The translations under genes were made by a program, and so were the position numbers. Below are positions 1 through 10,658 of a DNA stretch of 64,000 bases, in pieces (position 1 is the first letter of the stretch; each line of letters starts with the position of its first letter). Origin of the DNA: Promethearchaeota archaeon (GTDB lineage Archaea; Asgardarchaeota; Heimdallarchaeia; Hodarchaeales; Hodarchaeaceae); the NCBI GenBank assembly GCA_048938105.1, contig JBHLMN010000027.1, positions 1-64,000 of the forward strand. Direction: 5' to 3'. The notes under the pieces are model-generated. The model saw only the letters and a list, made by a program, of their open reading frames with translations. It was not told the DNA's origin and ran no database searches.

Positions 1-68
1 ATATCATCAATTGACTCTAGCAGGAACTTTCGCATTGCTGTTCGTGATTCGAAAGGTTGTTCAGCCAT
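1..68 (-). CDS. 5' end of an ArsR/wHTH-type regulator running off the window edge (paralogue of 52099-52986)
   Basis: Not in the ORF track. ATG at 68 gives MAEQPFESRTAMRKFLLESIDDI, matching MTDPPFETRANMEQFLLESLNEI at the start of 52099-52986. Confidence 0.75.
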   Translation of the reverse strand, partial: MAEQPFESRTAMRKFLLESIDD

Positions 69-84
69 GAGTAATCAACTGTAT

Positions 85-109
85 TCTTAAAACTTGTTTA
101 ACGGATTTT
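85..109 (-). promoter_or_regulatory. Conserved promoter/operator upstream of the ArsR paralogue
   Basis: TCTTAAAACTTGTTTAACGGATTTT is 21/25 identical to 53004-53028 and lies at nearly the same distance from the start codon. Confidence 0.6.
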
Positions 110-124
110 TAAAGAACTAAATAT

Positions 125-463
125 TTGGAAAAATGGAATCTGATACTCCATGAACTTGTGAACTTTTTTGATTTATCTTCTATAATCTTTTGTGTGAAGG
201 CACTTTTTATTTATTGCATCATATATATGGAGAAAAAGAGGATTATTTTGACATATTGGGTCTATATGTTATTCGTTGGAGATAAATCTCATGGTATGAA
301 TCGTAAAATTTATACTGGATATACTCGTCATCTTATGTCACGAATTGTTCAGCACTCAGGATTAAGTAACACAAAAGGAGCACGAATAACACGAAAACAA
401 CAAATAGAATTAGTTTATCTTGAAAAATTCCCTTCACAAAAATTAGTAATGCAACGTGTGTGA
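125..463 (+). pseudogene. GIY-YIG nuclease family protein, C-terminally truncated
   Basis: YWVYML...KIYTGYT..L..RIVQH...GARITR...LVYLEKF motifs. It stops at MQRV where the conserved RE.xIK helix would follow. True start is probably the TTG near 248. Confidence 0.6.
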
Positions 464-958
464 TCTTGTTAATGTTATTATGGAACTTGAATTGATAATC
501 TCTGTGATTCTACTCATTATATTAGGTATATTAGTAGCCAGATATACAGAATTAACCCCTTATATTATATTTTGGTTAATTTCCAGAGAAACAAGAAAAG
601 TTGACCTAAATTACGTTGAACCTGAAGATCTTGGACTAGTATCTGAATTAGTAGAATTTCATGACGATAACATTCACAGGATATGATAACTGACTATCAT
701 GGCGTTATCTGAAAAACTTGTTCTCCCGAAAGTTTTCCTCCAGGCGCATGAGTTGATGTTGAATGCATTTGCCTTTGACCTAAAGGGGAAATTTTTGTCA
801 AATAGCGAGCCTTACAAAAATAAGACTCTTGGTGTTACAGCTTCAGATCTTGGATTAAGATCTATTTCACGACCATTCTATGATCAGTTCAAATATCGTT
901 GAACGTCAATAGATATTGTATTGACGATTGTACTACATTCTAGAACATATCCAACGTA
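456..958 (+). pseudogene. Decayed membrane-anchored alpha/beta-hydrolase-like gene
   Basis: ORFs 456-686 and 699-902 are in one frame, separated by TGA TAA. N-terminal TM, PEDLGL.SELVEF and AFDLKG...TLGVTASDL resemble hydrolase motifs. Confidence 0.4.
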
Positions 959-1069
959 ATTAGAATATATGGATATTTATGGAAAGGAAAAACGGTTCTC
1001 AAGAAAGTTAACAGTGTATGAAGAAATAATTGCATATATCCATATCTAACACGAAACATCTTACCCATG

Positions 1070-2077
1070 CTAACGCGGAGCATTTTCTATAGCGAGAATA
1101 ACGTACCCGATAATTGCACTGAAAATGGGCAATAAGATCGAAATGGGCAAGAGTGGGAAGGAGGTTGGAATACTTCTCTCACTTGCTAACCGGTATAAAT
1201 TCTCCTGATTGGCGTGAATTAATACTGGATCAGTATCTTCCTCAAATAACAACTGTAGTAACTTCTCTTGTTGACGTTCAATTAATTTATTTTGAATGTT
1301 TTTGAAATTGCGATAGACTTGAATCAGGTCCCTTATTCTCAAAGAAGCCATAAAACCTAAAAAAAGGACTAAACTTACTAGAATTAAAAGAAAAAATAAA
1401 TTGGTGGCGATGATTGAAACAAGAATAGGAAGAGGAAAAGATATTAACGCAAACATGTAAAGAGACACTTCTCCTATCTCATGAAAATATGGGGGGAAGG
1501 TTTTAAAAATAAATGGAGAGAGCCATTCGATTTCCCACCTAATTGAGATTCTTTTTAGTTGAAACGCATTTGTTTCCTTCTGATAATCAGCAAACTCTTC
1601 TAGAAGATCCATTTCATGGAGTTTTTTTGTTAAAGCAAATAGTTGTTCGTGGAAACTTGTCCAAGTCTTATACTCACCAAGAAGTTTTGCAGCAATAAAA
1701 AATATATCTGCAACCAGCATAATACTTCCAGCGAGAAGATACGAGAAGATTGTGACGGGTGCAATGAATAACTCTGGAATACCAAGAAGTGTAAGATAAT
1801 TGTTCTCTGAATAAAAAGTGTTTTGGAAAACCCTCAACATATTAGAGAGTGCTTCACTGAAGAAAAATACAGAAAAAAAACCGATAAGAAAAAGGATGAA
1901 AATATAGCCGAGGTTCTTTACAGTGTTCATTGGACTTGCACTAGTTTTCTTATCGAATTCTTTTAATCCCTCCAAGTATAATACCAAAGTGCTCTTTTGA
2001 GGATCAAAAGGAAGGTTCTTTTTTAATTTGAAAGAAAGATGGAACTCTGATACATCCACAAGATCTAATTCTTTCAT
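1070..2077 (-). CDS. Multi-pass membrane protein, unknown function
   Basis: 335-aa ORF with about 5 hydrophobic segments. Confidence 0.7.
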   Translation of the reverse strand: MKELDLVDVSEFHLSFKLKKNLPFDPQKSTLVLYLEGLKEFDKKTSASPMNTVKNLGYIFILFLIGFFSVFFFSEALSNMLRVFQNTFYSENNYLTLLGIPELFIAPVTIFSYLLAGSIMLVADIFFIAAKLLGEYKTWTSFHEQLFALTKKLHEMDLLEEFADYQKETNAFQLKRISIRWEIEWLSPFIFKTFPPYFHEIGEVSLYMFALISFPLPILVSIIATNLFFLLILVSLVLFLGFMASLRIRDLIQVYRNFKNIQNKLIERQQEKLLQLLFEEDTDPVLIHANQENLYRLASERSIPTSFPLLPISILLPIFSAIIGYVILAIENAPR

Positions 2078-2168
2078 TGATATGCCTTCCTTTTGAATCT
2101 TAAGTTTCCTTTAGATATATTTTTTGAATCTAATTTTATTTAAAAAAGCTTTTAACTAACAAAGTTGC

Positions 2169-2372
2169 ATGCAGAAGAATATGTCATCCGAAGGTCTATC
2201 AATAGAGAAAATCATAAATTATACCCTTTATGTGATTCCGATAGCAATGGGAATTGTAAGCATAATTATTCCTTTAGTACAACCTGACCAAGCAATATCC
2301 ATGATCCTACCACTAGGACTTGGAATGGCATGCTTGGGTATTGCAGGGTTAGATTTATTGGAGATAAAATGA
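2169..2372 (+). CDS. Small two-TM membrane protein
   Basis: 67 aa, two hydrophobic helices. Confidence 0.55.
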   Translation: MQKNMSSEGLSIEKIINYTLYVIPIAMGIVSIIIPLVQPDQAISMILPLGLGMACLGIAGLDLLEIK

Positions 2373-2677
2373 GGATTCACTCTCCTCTTTCTATTGTATT
2401 TATACCGTCTGAATGTCGTTTAACTTCAGTTATATGACACTATACGTATCAATATACGTATATTCAGTACTATATCTAACGCTATCTTCATAATTTATAT
2501 ATAAAAGATCAGACGGACTAGGGTGTTAACCCATCAAATTAGGTTTTGGTAGTTACATTGCGTTATTTTTCTTTATTCTAAAAAGACAAGATTCATCACC
2601 GTCTCTAAGACATTTTTCTTTCACAGTCACAATTTTCGATGCTGTTGGATCTACCTATTTTCATGAATGAAATGGTT

Positions 2678-2986
2678 CTAGCGGTTTGGTAACCAATCAA
2701 CTCTTACTCCCTCTTTTTTCGCCAGTATATTGGCACATTCTAACTGAATTTCTGATATATCTAGTCCGATTACTTTTGCTCCCCATTTAGCTAATACTAT
2801 TGAGTTCTGTCCACCTCCACAACCAAGTTCTAGTATTCTTTTGCCTTTTACATTACCTAGTAAACCTAATTCCTTTTCACCAGGGGCCACAGGGCCATAA
2901 TGAACATCTTCTAACGAGATTCGGTTTTCTCCTTAGTAAGATCTTGAAATAGAATTCCAACTTTCGCGATTTTGGACATCATTCAA
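2678..2986 (-). pseudogene. Class I SAM-dependent methyltransferase, interrupted and truncated
   Basis: TTG start at 2986 after GAGGTG; in-frame TAA at 2935-2933 (SRSY*GENRISLEDVHYGP); motif I ILELGCGGG; ends early at 2678. Confidence 0.8.
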
Positions 2987-3212
2987 TAAAAACACCTCAA
3001 AACTGATGATTTTTACGTCAGAATTATAATTTCTTTGTTATTTTTATTCCATTCTTAATTGATTTTAAGACCGAAATCTCTGTTAGGTCTTGTATCCCGA
3101 AGATAAAAAGCTAGTTAAAAGATCTTGTTGCTTTTTCCCCTCAAGTACTCCTTTAGAGATAAAAAGAATAGAAAGGAGGTAAATATCTCTTCATGGGATT
3201 CTAGAGATGTTT

Positions 3213-5549
3213 CTATTTACATCTTCGTTTGTAAGCCATACTAACAATGAATATAGTGAAAAATCCAATAATAAAATCTATTCCAGGAGTATTTTGGCTA
3301 GTTTCCTCAGTGTCTTCGGAAGAAGTACCCATCGATGTACCTGTAGTAATAGCAGCAGTTGTAGTAGAAGAAGTAGTAGTAGTAGTATCGATCGTAGTAT
3401 CTGTAGTGGTTTCGGAAGTAGGGGGAGGAGGAGGAGATGAACCAGGTGTTGGTGTATCACTAGCAGAAAAATCAGCAGAGTTGTTATTTGTATCCGTGTT
3501 ATATACATCACGAGTCAAAGAGTAGCCAGAATCAACATCTAAAGTAGGAGTACCCTCAAGGCAGCCAGTTGACACTCCTCCAGTATCCCCATATTGAAGG
3601 GCATCTATCACGGTTTTGGTAGTATTGTCAACCAAACGGACACCATCAGGACCGTTTTGAAGATTAGCTCCAGGGTCGATCTGATCATAATTATCTACAG
3701 TATCATCTTGAGCAAGCACGTAGTAATCTTCTCCCTCAATCTCACCAGTGAGATCAATGAGAATGTAAGTTTCTTCATTAGCACCATTCACACCTTCGAG
3801 GATAATATCATGTTGGTCATCATTCAAATTGATCTTCGCTGACCCAGAACTGAAGATTTCAATGAAACAGCCAGTATCTATTGAAACGGTATCATATAAA
3901 ACTTCAGTTATTTTTAATAAACTTACATCGGGAATAATCCCAACAGCCCCAGGTGTTGGAATACTGGTGCCATAGAAATCTTGACTATTATCATCAGTAT
4001 CAGTATTCAGGTCATTTCGGCTAAGGGAATATCCTGGAAGGACATCCATTGCAGGAGTACCTTCAAGGCAACCAGTCGACACTCCTCCAGTATCCCCATA
4101 TTGAAGGGCATCTATCACGGTTTTAGTAGTATTATCAACCAAACGGACACCATCAGGACCGTTTTGAAGATTAACTCTAGGGTCAATCTGATCATAATTA
4201 TCTACAGTATCATCTTGGGCAAGTACATAGTAATCTTCTCCCTCAATCTCACCAGTGAGATCAATGAGAATGTAAGTTTCTCCATTAGCACCATTCACAC
4301 CTTCAAGGATGATATCTTTTTTGCTATCATCTAGATTGATTATTGTAGAACCTACATTATAGATTTCAACAAAGCAACCTGAGTCAGAGCTAATTGAGTC
4401 GTAAAAAACTTCACTTACTACCAAGCTAAGATCAGAAATAATATTACTTACTTCCCCAGGAGTAGCGGTTATAGTTTGATAGAAATCCTCACTATTATTA
4501 TTAGTATCAATATTCAGGTCATCACGTGTCAACGAGTATCCAGAATCAACATCCATTGTAGGAGTACCCTCAAGGCAACCAGTTGACACTCCTCCAGTAT
4601 CCCCATATTGAAGGGCATCTATCACGGTTCTGGTAGTATTGTCAACCAAACGGACACCATCAGGACCGTTTTGAAGATCAGCTCCAGGGTCAATCTGATC
4701 ATAATTATTCACAGTATCATCTTGGGCAAGTACATAGTAATCTTTTCCCTCAACCTCACCGCTGAGATCAATGAGAATGTAAGTTTCTCCAGTAGCGCCA
4801 TTCACACCTTCGAGGATGATATCATGATGGTCATCATTCAAATTGATCTTCGCTGACCCAGAATTGAAGATTTCAATGAAACAGCCAGTATCTATTGAAA
4901 CGGTATCATATAAAACTTCAGTTATTTTTAATAAACTTACATCAGGAATAATTCCAACAGCTCCAGGTGTTGGAATACTGGTGCCATAAAAATCTTGGCT
5001 ATTATCACCAGTATCAGTATTCAGGTCATTTCGGCTAAGGGAATATCCTGGAAGGACATCCATTGCAGGAAAACCTTCAAGACAACCAGTCGACACTTCT
5101 CCAGTATCCCCATATTGAAGGGCATCTATTATGGTTTTAGTAATATTATCAACCAAACGGACACCATCAGGACCATTTTGAAAATTAGCCCCTTCATCAG
5201 TTTGATCTGGAGTAAAATCAACTCCACTTTGGGCAACAACATAATAAGATCCTGCTGCAACAGTACCAGTAAGATCAATCGTGACATACACAGTTCCAGT
5301 AGCACCATTTACTCCCTCAACAATGATATCATGATTAATATCATCAAGGTCTACTGTTGTGGAACCTACGTTATAGATTTCAATGAAGCAACTCGTATCA
5401 GTCCCGATTGAATCATAAAAGATTTCACTAATAATAAGGTTTGAATAATCAGTAGATTGACTATTAACAATAAATATGGTTGTTGAAATCAAGAGGAAAA
5501 AAACAGATAAATATAGAATTGAGTTATTAAATCTCTTCATTTTACACAA
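3213..5549 (-). CDS. Surface protein with four lamin-tail-like (LTD) domains, Pro/Thr linker and PG-CTERM sorting signal
   Basis: Signal peptide; four repeats ISEIFYD...FIEIYN...LQNGPDGVRL...IDALQYG...SL.R...DT.DNS.DF...PTPG; C-terminus TPG-hydrophobic helix-KRRCK. Confidence 0.85.
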   Translation of the reverse strand: MCKMKRFNNSILYLSVFFLLISTTIFIVNSQSTDYSNLIISEIFYDSIGTDTSCFIEIYNVGSTTVDLDDINHDIIVEGVNGATGTVYVTIDLTGTVAAGSYYVVAQSGVDFTPDQTDEGANFQNGPDGVRLVDNITKTIIDALQYGDTGEVSTGCLEGFPAMDVLPGYSLSRNDLNTDTGDNSQDFYGTSIPTPGAVGIIPDVSLLKITEVLYDTVSIDTGCFIEIFNSGSAKINLNDDHHDIILEGVNGATGETYILIDLSGEVEGKDYYVLAQDDTVNNYDQIDPGADLQNGPDGVRLVDNTTRTVIDALQYGDTGGVSTGCLEGTPTMDVDSGYSLTRDDLNIDTNNNSEDFYQTITATPGEVSNIISDLSLVVSEVFYDSISSDSGCFVEIYNVGSTIINLDDSKKDIILEGVNGANGETYILIDLTGEIEGEDYYVLAQDDTVDNYDQIDPRVNLQNGPDGVRLVDNTTKTVIDALQYGDTGGVSTGCLEGTPAMDVLPGYSLSRNDLNTDTDDNSQDFYGTSIPTPGAVGIIPDVSLLKITEVLYDTVSIDTGCFIEIFSSGSAKINLNDDQHDIILEGVNGANEETYILIDLTGEIEGEDYYVLAQDDTVDNYDQIDPGANLQNGPDGVRLVDNTTKTVIDALQYGDTGGVSTGCLEGTPTLDVDSGYSLTRDVYNTDTNNNSADFSASDTPTPGSSPPPPPTSETTTDTTIDTTTTTSSTTTAAITTGTSMGTSSEDTEETSQNTPGIDFIIGFFTIFIVSMAYKRRCK
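3440..5445. repeat. Four 507-bp tandem intragenic repeats with A-B-A-B pattern
   Basis: CCAGTATCCCCATATTGAAGGGCATCTAT recurs at 3580, 4087, 4594 and 5101. Confidence 0.9.
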
Positions 5550-5825
5550 ATCTCCATTATTACGTTTATTTCAGTATATTTACAGTCTAATTTTCAATCA
5601 AACTAAAGTTATATTATTTTGATATTTAATAAGACGGAATATCTTTGTTCAAATCTTTGAAATAAATGGAAAAGGAAATTAGGTTTAAAAACAGTACGGT
5701 ATTAGAATCTCTGATTTCCTATTTTTTTGAGAAAAAAAATTTGATTGGATTAGCTTAAAAAATCGTATTTTTACTAAAAATCTTAATATCGATACTAATT
5801 CATCAATCAATTAAAAGAACATGGT

Positions 5826-6515
5826 TTGATTAATATGTCTGGAAAAGAATTTATTGGAAGTATTGCTGTTTCCCTCCTTGCTATAGGAGCGATAACTCTT
5901 TTTGTATTGCCACAACTCTATCCAGTAATCCAAGCTGGTACTGACGACACCCAAACGGACATTTCTTCCCTTAAATCTGATGTAGAAGAGATACAATCAG
6001 ATATTACAGATCTCCAATCTGAATCTAATGGGATTTTACTGCAAACAAAAAAATTAGTTACAAATGATCATGCAGAAATAACGGAAGAAGACACTACCTT
6101 ACAGTTAATGAATAATACCTCGTTAGTAATCACAGTTCAACAAGGCTCTAGGTTAAACGCACGATTTTCTGGTGTTTTTCGGTTAGCTATGAAATCTTTA
6201 GAAGTTAAACATGCAGATTATAAAATTACATTAATGCTTCAAGGAGTTACTGGCCAAACAACACATATTTCTTACTGGGACTACCAAGGCACGACAACCA
6301 ACAGCCTATATTTAACTTATTCAGTCTACATTGAATTATTAACAGATAGCTTAGATGCAGGAACGTATACAATTGCAGTGTGGTGGCAATCGTTGGAGGA
6401 TTACCATCCGTCTGATCCTTTAATATATAGTCGGCTTTATGCAAGTGATATTGATAATGTTGTACAATATAATGTCTACTCGAGAACAATAATTGTACAA
6501 GAACTAAGTGCATAA
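5826..6515 (+). CDS. Membrane-anchored protein with short coiled coil and beta-rich domain
   Basis: N-terminal TM, heptad stretch ISSLKSDVEEIQSDITDLQ, beta-rich C-terminus. Confidence 0.7.
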   Translation: MINMSGKEFIGSIAVSLLAIGAITLFVLPQLYPVIQAGTDDTQTDISSLKSDVEEIQSDITDLQSESNGILLQTKKLVTNDHAEITEEDTTLQLMNNTSLVITVQQGSRLNARFSGVFRLAMKSLEVKHADYKITLMLQGVTGQTTHISYWDYQGTTTNSLYLTYSVYIELLTDSLDAGTYTIAVWWQSLEDYHPSDPLIYSRLYASDIDNVVQYNVYSRTIIVQELSA

Positions 6516-6545
6516 GATAAAACAATATAGGTAGAGAAAAGAAAA

Positions 6546-9203
6546 TCAAGAAAATCCTGTATCCCCAAATTGATCTATTGCTTGAATAAGGACTTCAGGT
6601 ATTTTATCGATTGACTTCAACTTAATAGAATGTCCATTCATTGTATCTTTTAAAACTTGATTCGCCTCTCCCCATATTTTACCGTGAGATGCTCCTAAAT
6701 ATTGAACTCTTAGATCAGCAAGTCGTTCAGCATGTTTTTTAACTACATCCATTCCCTCTGCAAAACCATAATCACTGAGTAGAAATATCATTTTAAACTC
6801 GCTTTGAGTCATTTCTTCGAATTCTGAAGTAATCCATCGTAAAGCAGCATCTACTTGCGTACCCCCTTTAGCTTTTAAGTCTAATAAATCATCAGCAACT
6901 TCATCTAAATCTCTTTCCTGTTTAAATCCTTTTACAACATGGGTACTTGATTCAAAAAGTGCAATTGCTATTTCCTCAGATTTTAATTTACCAAGAAGCA
7001 TAACTACAGCAATAGCACATACAGCCAATTCTCCACCACTCATAGATCCACTTATATCAATAAGCACTCCAAAAGCGGCTCTGCCTTTTCCAGTATCATA
7101 AACAAACAAATCATCTTCAGTCACCTGATCTAATGTTTTCCCTGCATTAATAATTGAATCAAGAGTCGCTTCGATATCTAATAAATCTAAATCATCACCA
7201 GCTAAATAAGGTCGTGTGCGATTTTGAGGTATTAATCCCTTATCTATAGAACCAGTACCTCGATTAATCCAATCCATTGCAAGATCAAGAAGGGCATCTT
7301 TGGCAATTTCTTTGATTTTTTCTCTTAAACTCCCTCGAAAAGTGTGTCGATGTGTGAACCATTGTTTTAGAAGATTATCCCCTGTTCCTATTCCTTTATA
7401 ATTTAAGCTTTCAGTTGCAAAATCCTCAGGTACACTTTGACTAGCAGTTCCTAAGTTCATTGCGAGTAAAGCGGCCATCCCTTCTTTATTACGGTTTTTA
7501 TGAGCCTGTTGAGCTAAATTTTTTATAATATTATTAGTTGCTCTTTGTTTTGGAATTTTTTTTGCGAGTAAGCGATAACGTTTTGGATCACTAACATTTT
7601 GCTGTATCATTTCTTTTAGTTGAGTTAAGGAGTCCCCAATTCTATCATAAATATCATCAGGATGTACACCAAGTCGGGTACCATGAGCAACAAGCCGAGG
7701 TACATCCTGTATCTTGACATCAGCGTTCAAAAATTGATCTAACATGGGTAAGAATTGGTCTGTATTTATTACTTGATCCATCATTTCTGATGCGAACGAT
7801 GAGGAAAGCTTAGATGCGATCGGATTACTTAAACCTTCTAACTGTCTGACTAAAGGAATAGAATGTAATATTTCATCAGTCACTTCTTGTAATGTGTCAG
7901 ATCGTCCTTTGATTTCCTCAATATTTGATTTAAAGCTTTCTAAATGACGATTAAACGCCTCTTGCGCTATATCTTCCCAACGATTACATTGTACAAAATT
8001 ATCTACTAATTCTTGTAATGTGGGAGATTGGGTGAGACTATCAATCCAATTTCCAAAGATCTGCTCATGTAATGATTTATCAAATGTGTCTTGAAGCCAA
8101 TCAGCTGCCTGCAATGATCGACCAACATTTTCAATTGCAGATGATTTGATAAGTTCATCTGGAGGTTTGATCCATTCTTGAAATCCGTCTAAGATTTCAG
8201 AGAAATCAGTAAGATTAGTTGCTCTGCTTATTCCCGTTTGTTGAAAATCTGCTAGTTTCTGAGGATCAATATGAAAATCATCAGTTTTCATATAGGGGGA
8301 TAAGTATTTGAGAGTTTTCCCGATGACTCTAGCGGTTCCATGATCTAGTATATCATTTAGATGGTTTTGTAAGGTTTGTTGAGCAGTAGAAGTACCCCCA
8401 CCTGCAAGTGCTGAAGCTAGTTCCCATGGTTGTACTGTTTCCTTCTGAAGTAATTCAGAAAACCCAGCTTTACATCCATGATAAAGATGATCAGGAGATA
8501 AATCACCAACCTGACCTCGCAGCATTTCTTGGATGAATTCTTTTGCGGTTGATATTGAAGTCGCATTTACTGCTTGAAGCTCCGCTGGGCCACCATAAAG
8601 ATTTATTAATTCACCAAGACTTATATCTGAACCTTCTTCAGATGTTAAAAGATTTTCAAAAAGAGTAAAAGCTTTAAAATCATCAAAATCATTCTCAAGG
8701 AGACTATCAAAATCAGAGAGATCATCTAAAGCGTTGATATCGACATCTAATTAGGCAAGATCGTTTAAAATCATCTGTGTTGGATCAACGGATTGCTGTT
8801 GTTGCTGAGATTTGATTTGAGGTTGTGTTTGTTGCTGGGGAGGCCCTGGTTGGATTCGTTTTTGAGGTTGATTTCTTCGTTTCCGGGATTTCGTTCCTTT
8901 TTTTGCCCTAGGAAATAGAATTTCATGAGCAATCCTTTCAGCAATATCTTGATCTTCATAGGGAGTGTTAAAAACCGCTGCTTCAATATAATCTCTTGGA
9001 CTTAAAGTGTTCATACGAAAGTAACGAGCAGATAAAAATTTCGGGATTGCTAACGTGGTTCTAATACTTGGAACATGTGAGATATTGGGAATTTTCCTTA
9101 ATCGAGTAACAAATTCAATTGAAAAAGTAATGGGGGACCAACCAACAACCGAATCGTTTTGAAATGAAATCTCTGAAACAGTTTTCTTGGTTATTTTGCT
9201 CAT
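6546..9203 (-). CDS. AAA-lid + Q/P linker + acidic region + vWA (MIDAS) protein, interrupted by one in-frame TAA at 8753-8751
   Basis: ORFs 8751-9203 and 6546-8525 share a frame, and the 75 codons between them are open (LDVDINALDDLSDFDSLLENDFDDF...). MIDAS residues DISGS, KGGT and LLSD are present. Confidence 0.8.
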
Positions 9204-9207
9204 TTAG

Positions 9208-10125
9208 TCACCCAGTTGTTCCTAATACTCTCTTAAGTAAACTGGAAACATATTTCTTGGCATCACGTCCTGGTTTCATCTTAATTGATTCAGTTAGAAC
9301 TAATTTCGCACTTTGAGCTAATGTGGTATTATCTAAAGGTTTATTCAAACGCTTAGCTCTCTCTGATCCTAATCTAGCAAGTCCTATTGAACTCCGAATA
9401 GAGGCTGGTAATTCTACTGCAGGATCATCACGTGTTTGATGGACTAATTCAAGAACTAATTCTATTGTTGATGGATTCAAAGAATATTCTGGACACCGAG
9501 TTTGGATGATTTGTTGTTCAATGGGTTTTTTGGGGTAATCAAGGTGGATCCAGACCTTCACTCGATCCTTTATAGCTGAAGGAAGGCGCCTTGTACCACG
9601 CATTTCAGCAGGATTCATTGCTGCAATTAAGTAAAATTCTGGGTCAACATCATACCAAGTTTTGAGAGAAGGGATATATAATTTACGCTCTTCTAAGGCA
9701 TCTAAGAGGGAGTTCAGAACATACTCGTCTCCCCGATTCAATTCATTAGCTAGGAATACTCCTCCTCCTAAGGTAGAAAGTGTAAATGGACCTGGAATGA
9801 ACGCATCCACAGAAAATCCATACTTGAAGACTAAAGTCGGATCAAATGATCCAATTAGATTTGATGGACGAACGAGGTCACTAAATGTGACCCAATTGAA
9901 TGGTTTATCAAGATCATTTGCGAATTTACGACATAAGGCTGTTTTTCCTGATCCTACAGGCCCAATCAGCCCAACAAATAGTTCAGCATTATACGCATCC
10001 ATCATTGCATTATAAGCTTCTTTATATTGTCCTTCTAGGACTATTTTTTCTTCAGTTTTAAGCTGTTTACTTTCTTTTTCATGTAATAATTTGATATAAT
10101 CTAACATTAATTGTTCCTCACTCAT
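9208..10125 (-). CDS. MoxR-family AAA+ ATPase
   Basis: Walker A GPVGSGKT, Walker B variant FLANELNR, IAAMNP, LPSAIKDR, LDYP, SIR lid motif. ATG at 10125 overlaps the upstream stop; the track starts it at 10167. Confidence 0.9.
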   Translation of the reverse strand: MSEEQLMLDYIKLLHEKESKQLKTEEKIVLEGQYKEAYNAMMDAYNAELFVGLIGPVGSGKTALCRKFANDLDKPFNWVTFSDLVRPSNLIGSFDPTLVFKYGFSVDAFIPGPFTLSTLGGGVFLANELNRGDEYVLNSLLDALEERKLYIPSLKTWYDVDPEFYLIAAMNPAEMRGTRRLPSAIKDRVKVWIHLDYPKKPIEQQIIQTRCPEYSLNPSTIELVLELVHQTRDDPAVELPASIRSSIGLARLGSERAKRLNKPLDNTTLAQSAKLVLTESIKMKPGRDAKKYVSSLLKRVLGTTG

Positions 10126-10648
10126 TTGAATCCTTACTAAAAAAATGTTCAGTTCTAGTGGGCTCAATGACTTCGGGTAATTCTAACTTAATCTTCTGAC
10201 ACTCTTGAATGATCTTATTAAATTCTCCTTGACTCGCAACTTTTCGCTGTTTAGAGAAATCTAAATGCATTAAGATTTGTTTACCGTAATAAGTGTCCAT
10301 CATTTCAGTAATATAATATCTAACTCCAGAACGTGATCCCTTCTTTACAATCTTGATATTTGATAATTCCTTAAGTCTAGCTAATGTTAATAATTTGTTT
10401 AGAATTGGCCAGGAAGTTTGAGTACTGAATTTTTGGTTAAAGGAGGGATTCTCTTCTAACTTTTCATTTAGAAATTGTAAAATTATTCGTTGAATCTTTG
10501 CTGTCACAAGCTGAATATTATTCTCGGTTGAAATATTACTTGGAAGACGAGTCTTTATTTCTCCTAAGCTAATTAATGGTTCATTCGTTTTTTGGGAGAA
10601 ACTATTAACTTCTTCTACAAAATCCATGATTATGTCATCAAATGCCAT
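10118..10648 (-). CDS. Hypothetical soluble protein in the Rad50-MoxR operon
   Basis: ATG at 10648 after GAGGGA; coupled to both neighbours. Confidence 0.7.
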   Translation of the reverse strand: MAFDDIIMDFVEEVNSFSQKTNEPLISLGEIKTRLPSNISTENNIQLVTAKIQRIILQFLNEKLEENPSFNQKFSTQTSWPILNKLLTLARLKELSNIKIVKKGSRSGVRYYITEMMDTYYGKQILMHLDFSKQRKVASQGEFNKIIQECQKIKLELPEVIEPTRTEHFFSKDSNE

Positions 10649-10658
10649 TAAAATCCCT

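Noticed and set aside
3207-5411. Short plus-strand ORFs over the LTD gene, and similar shadow ORFs over 21757-28440 and other long genes
   Set aside because: They are antisense or alternate-frame by-products of longer well-supported genes.
3440-5445. Long regular repeats as a CRISPR array
   Set aside because: The 507-bp period is a multiple of 3, lies within one ORF, and has no unique spacers.
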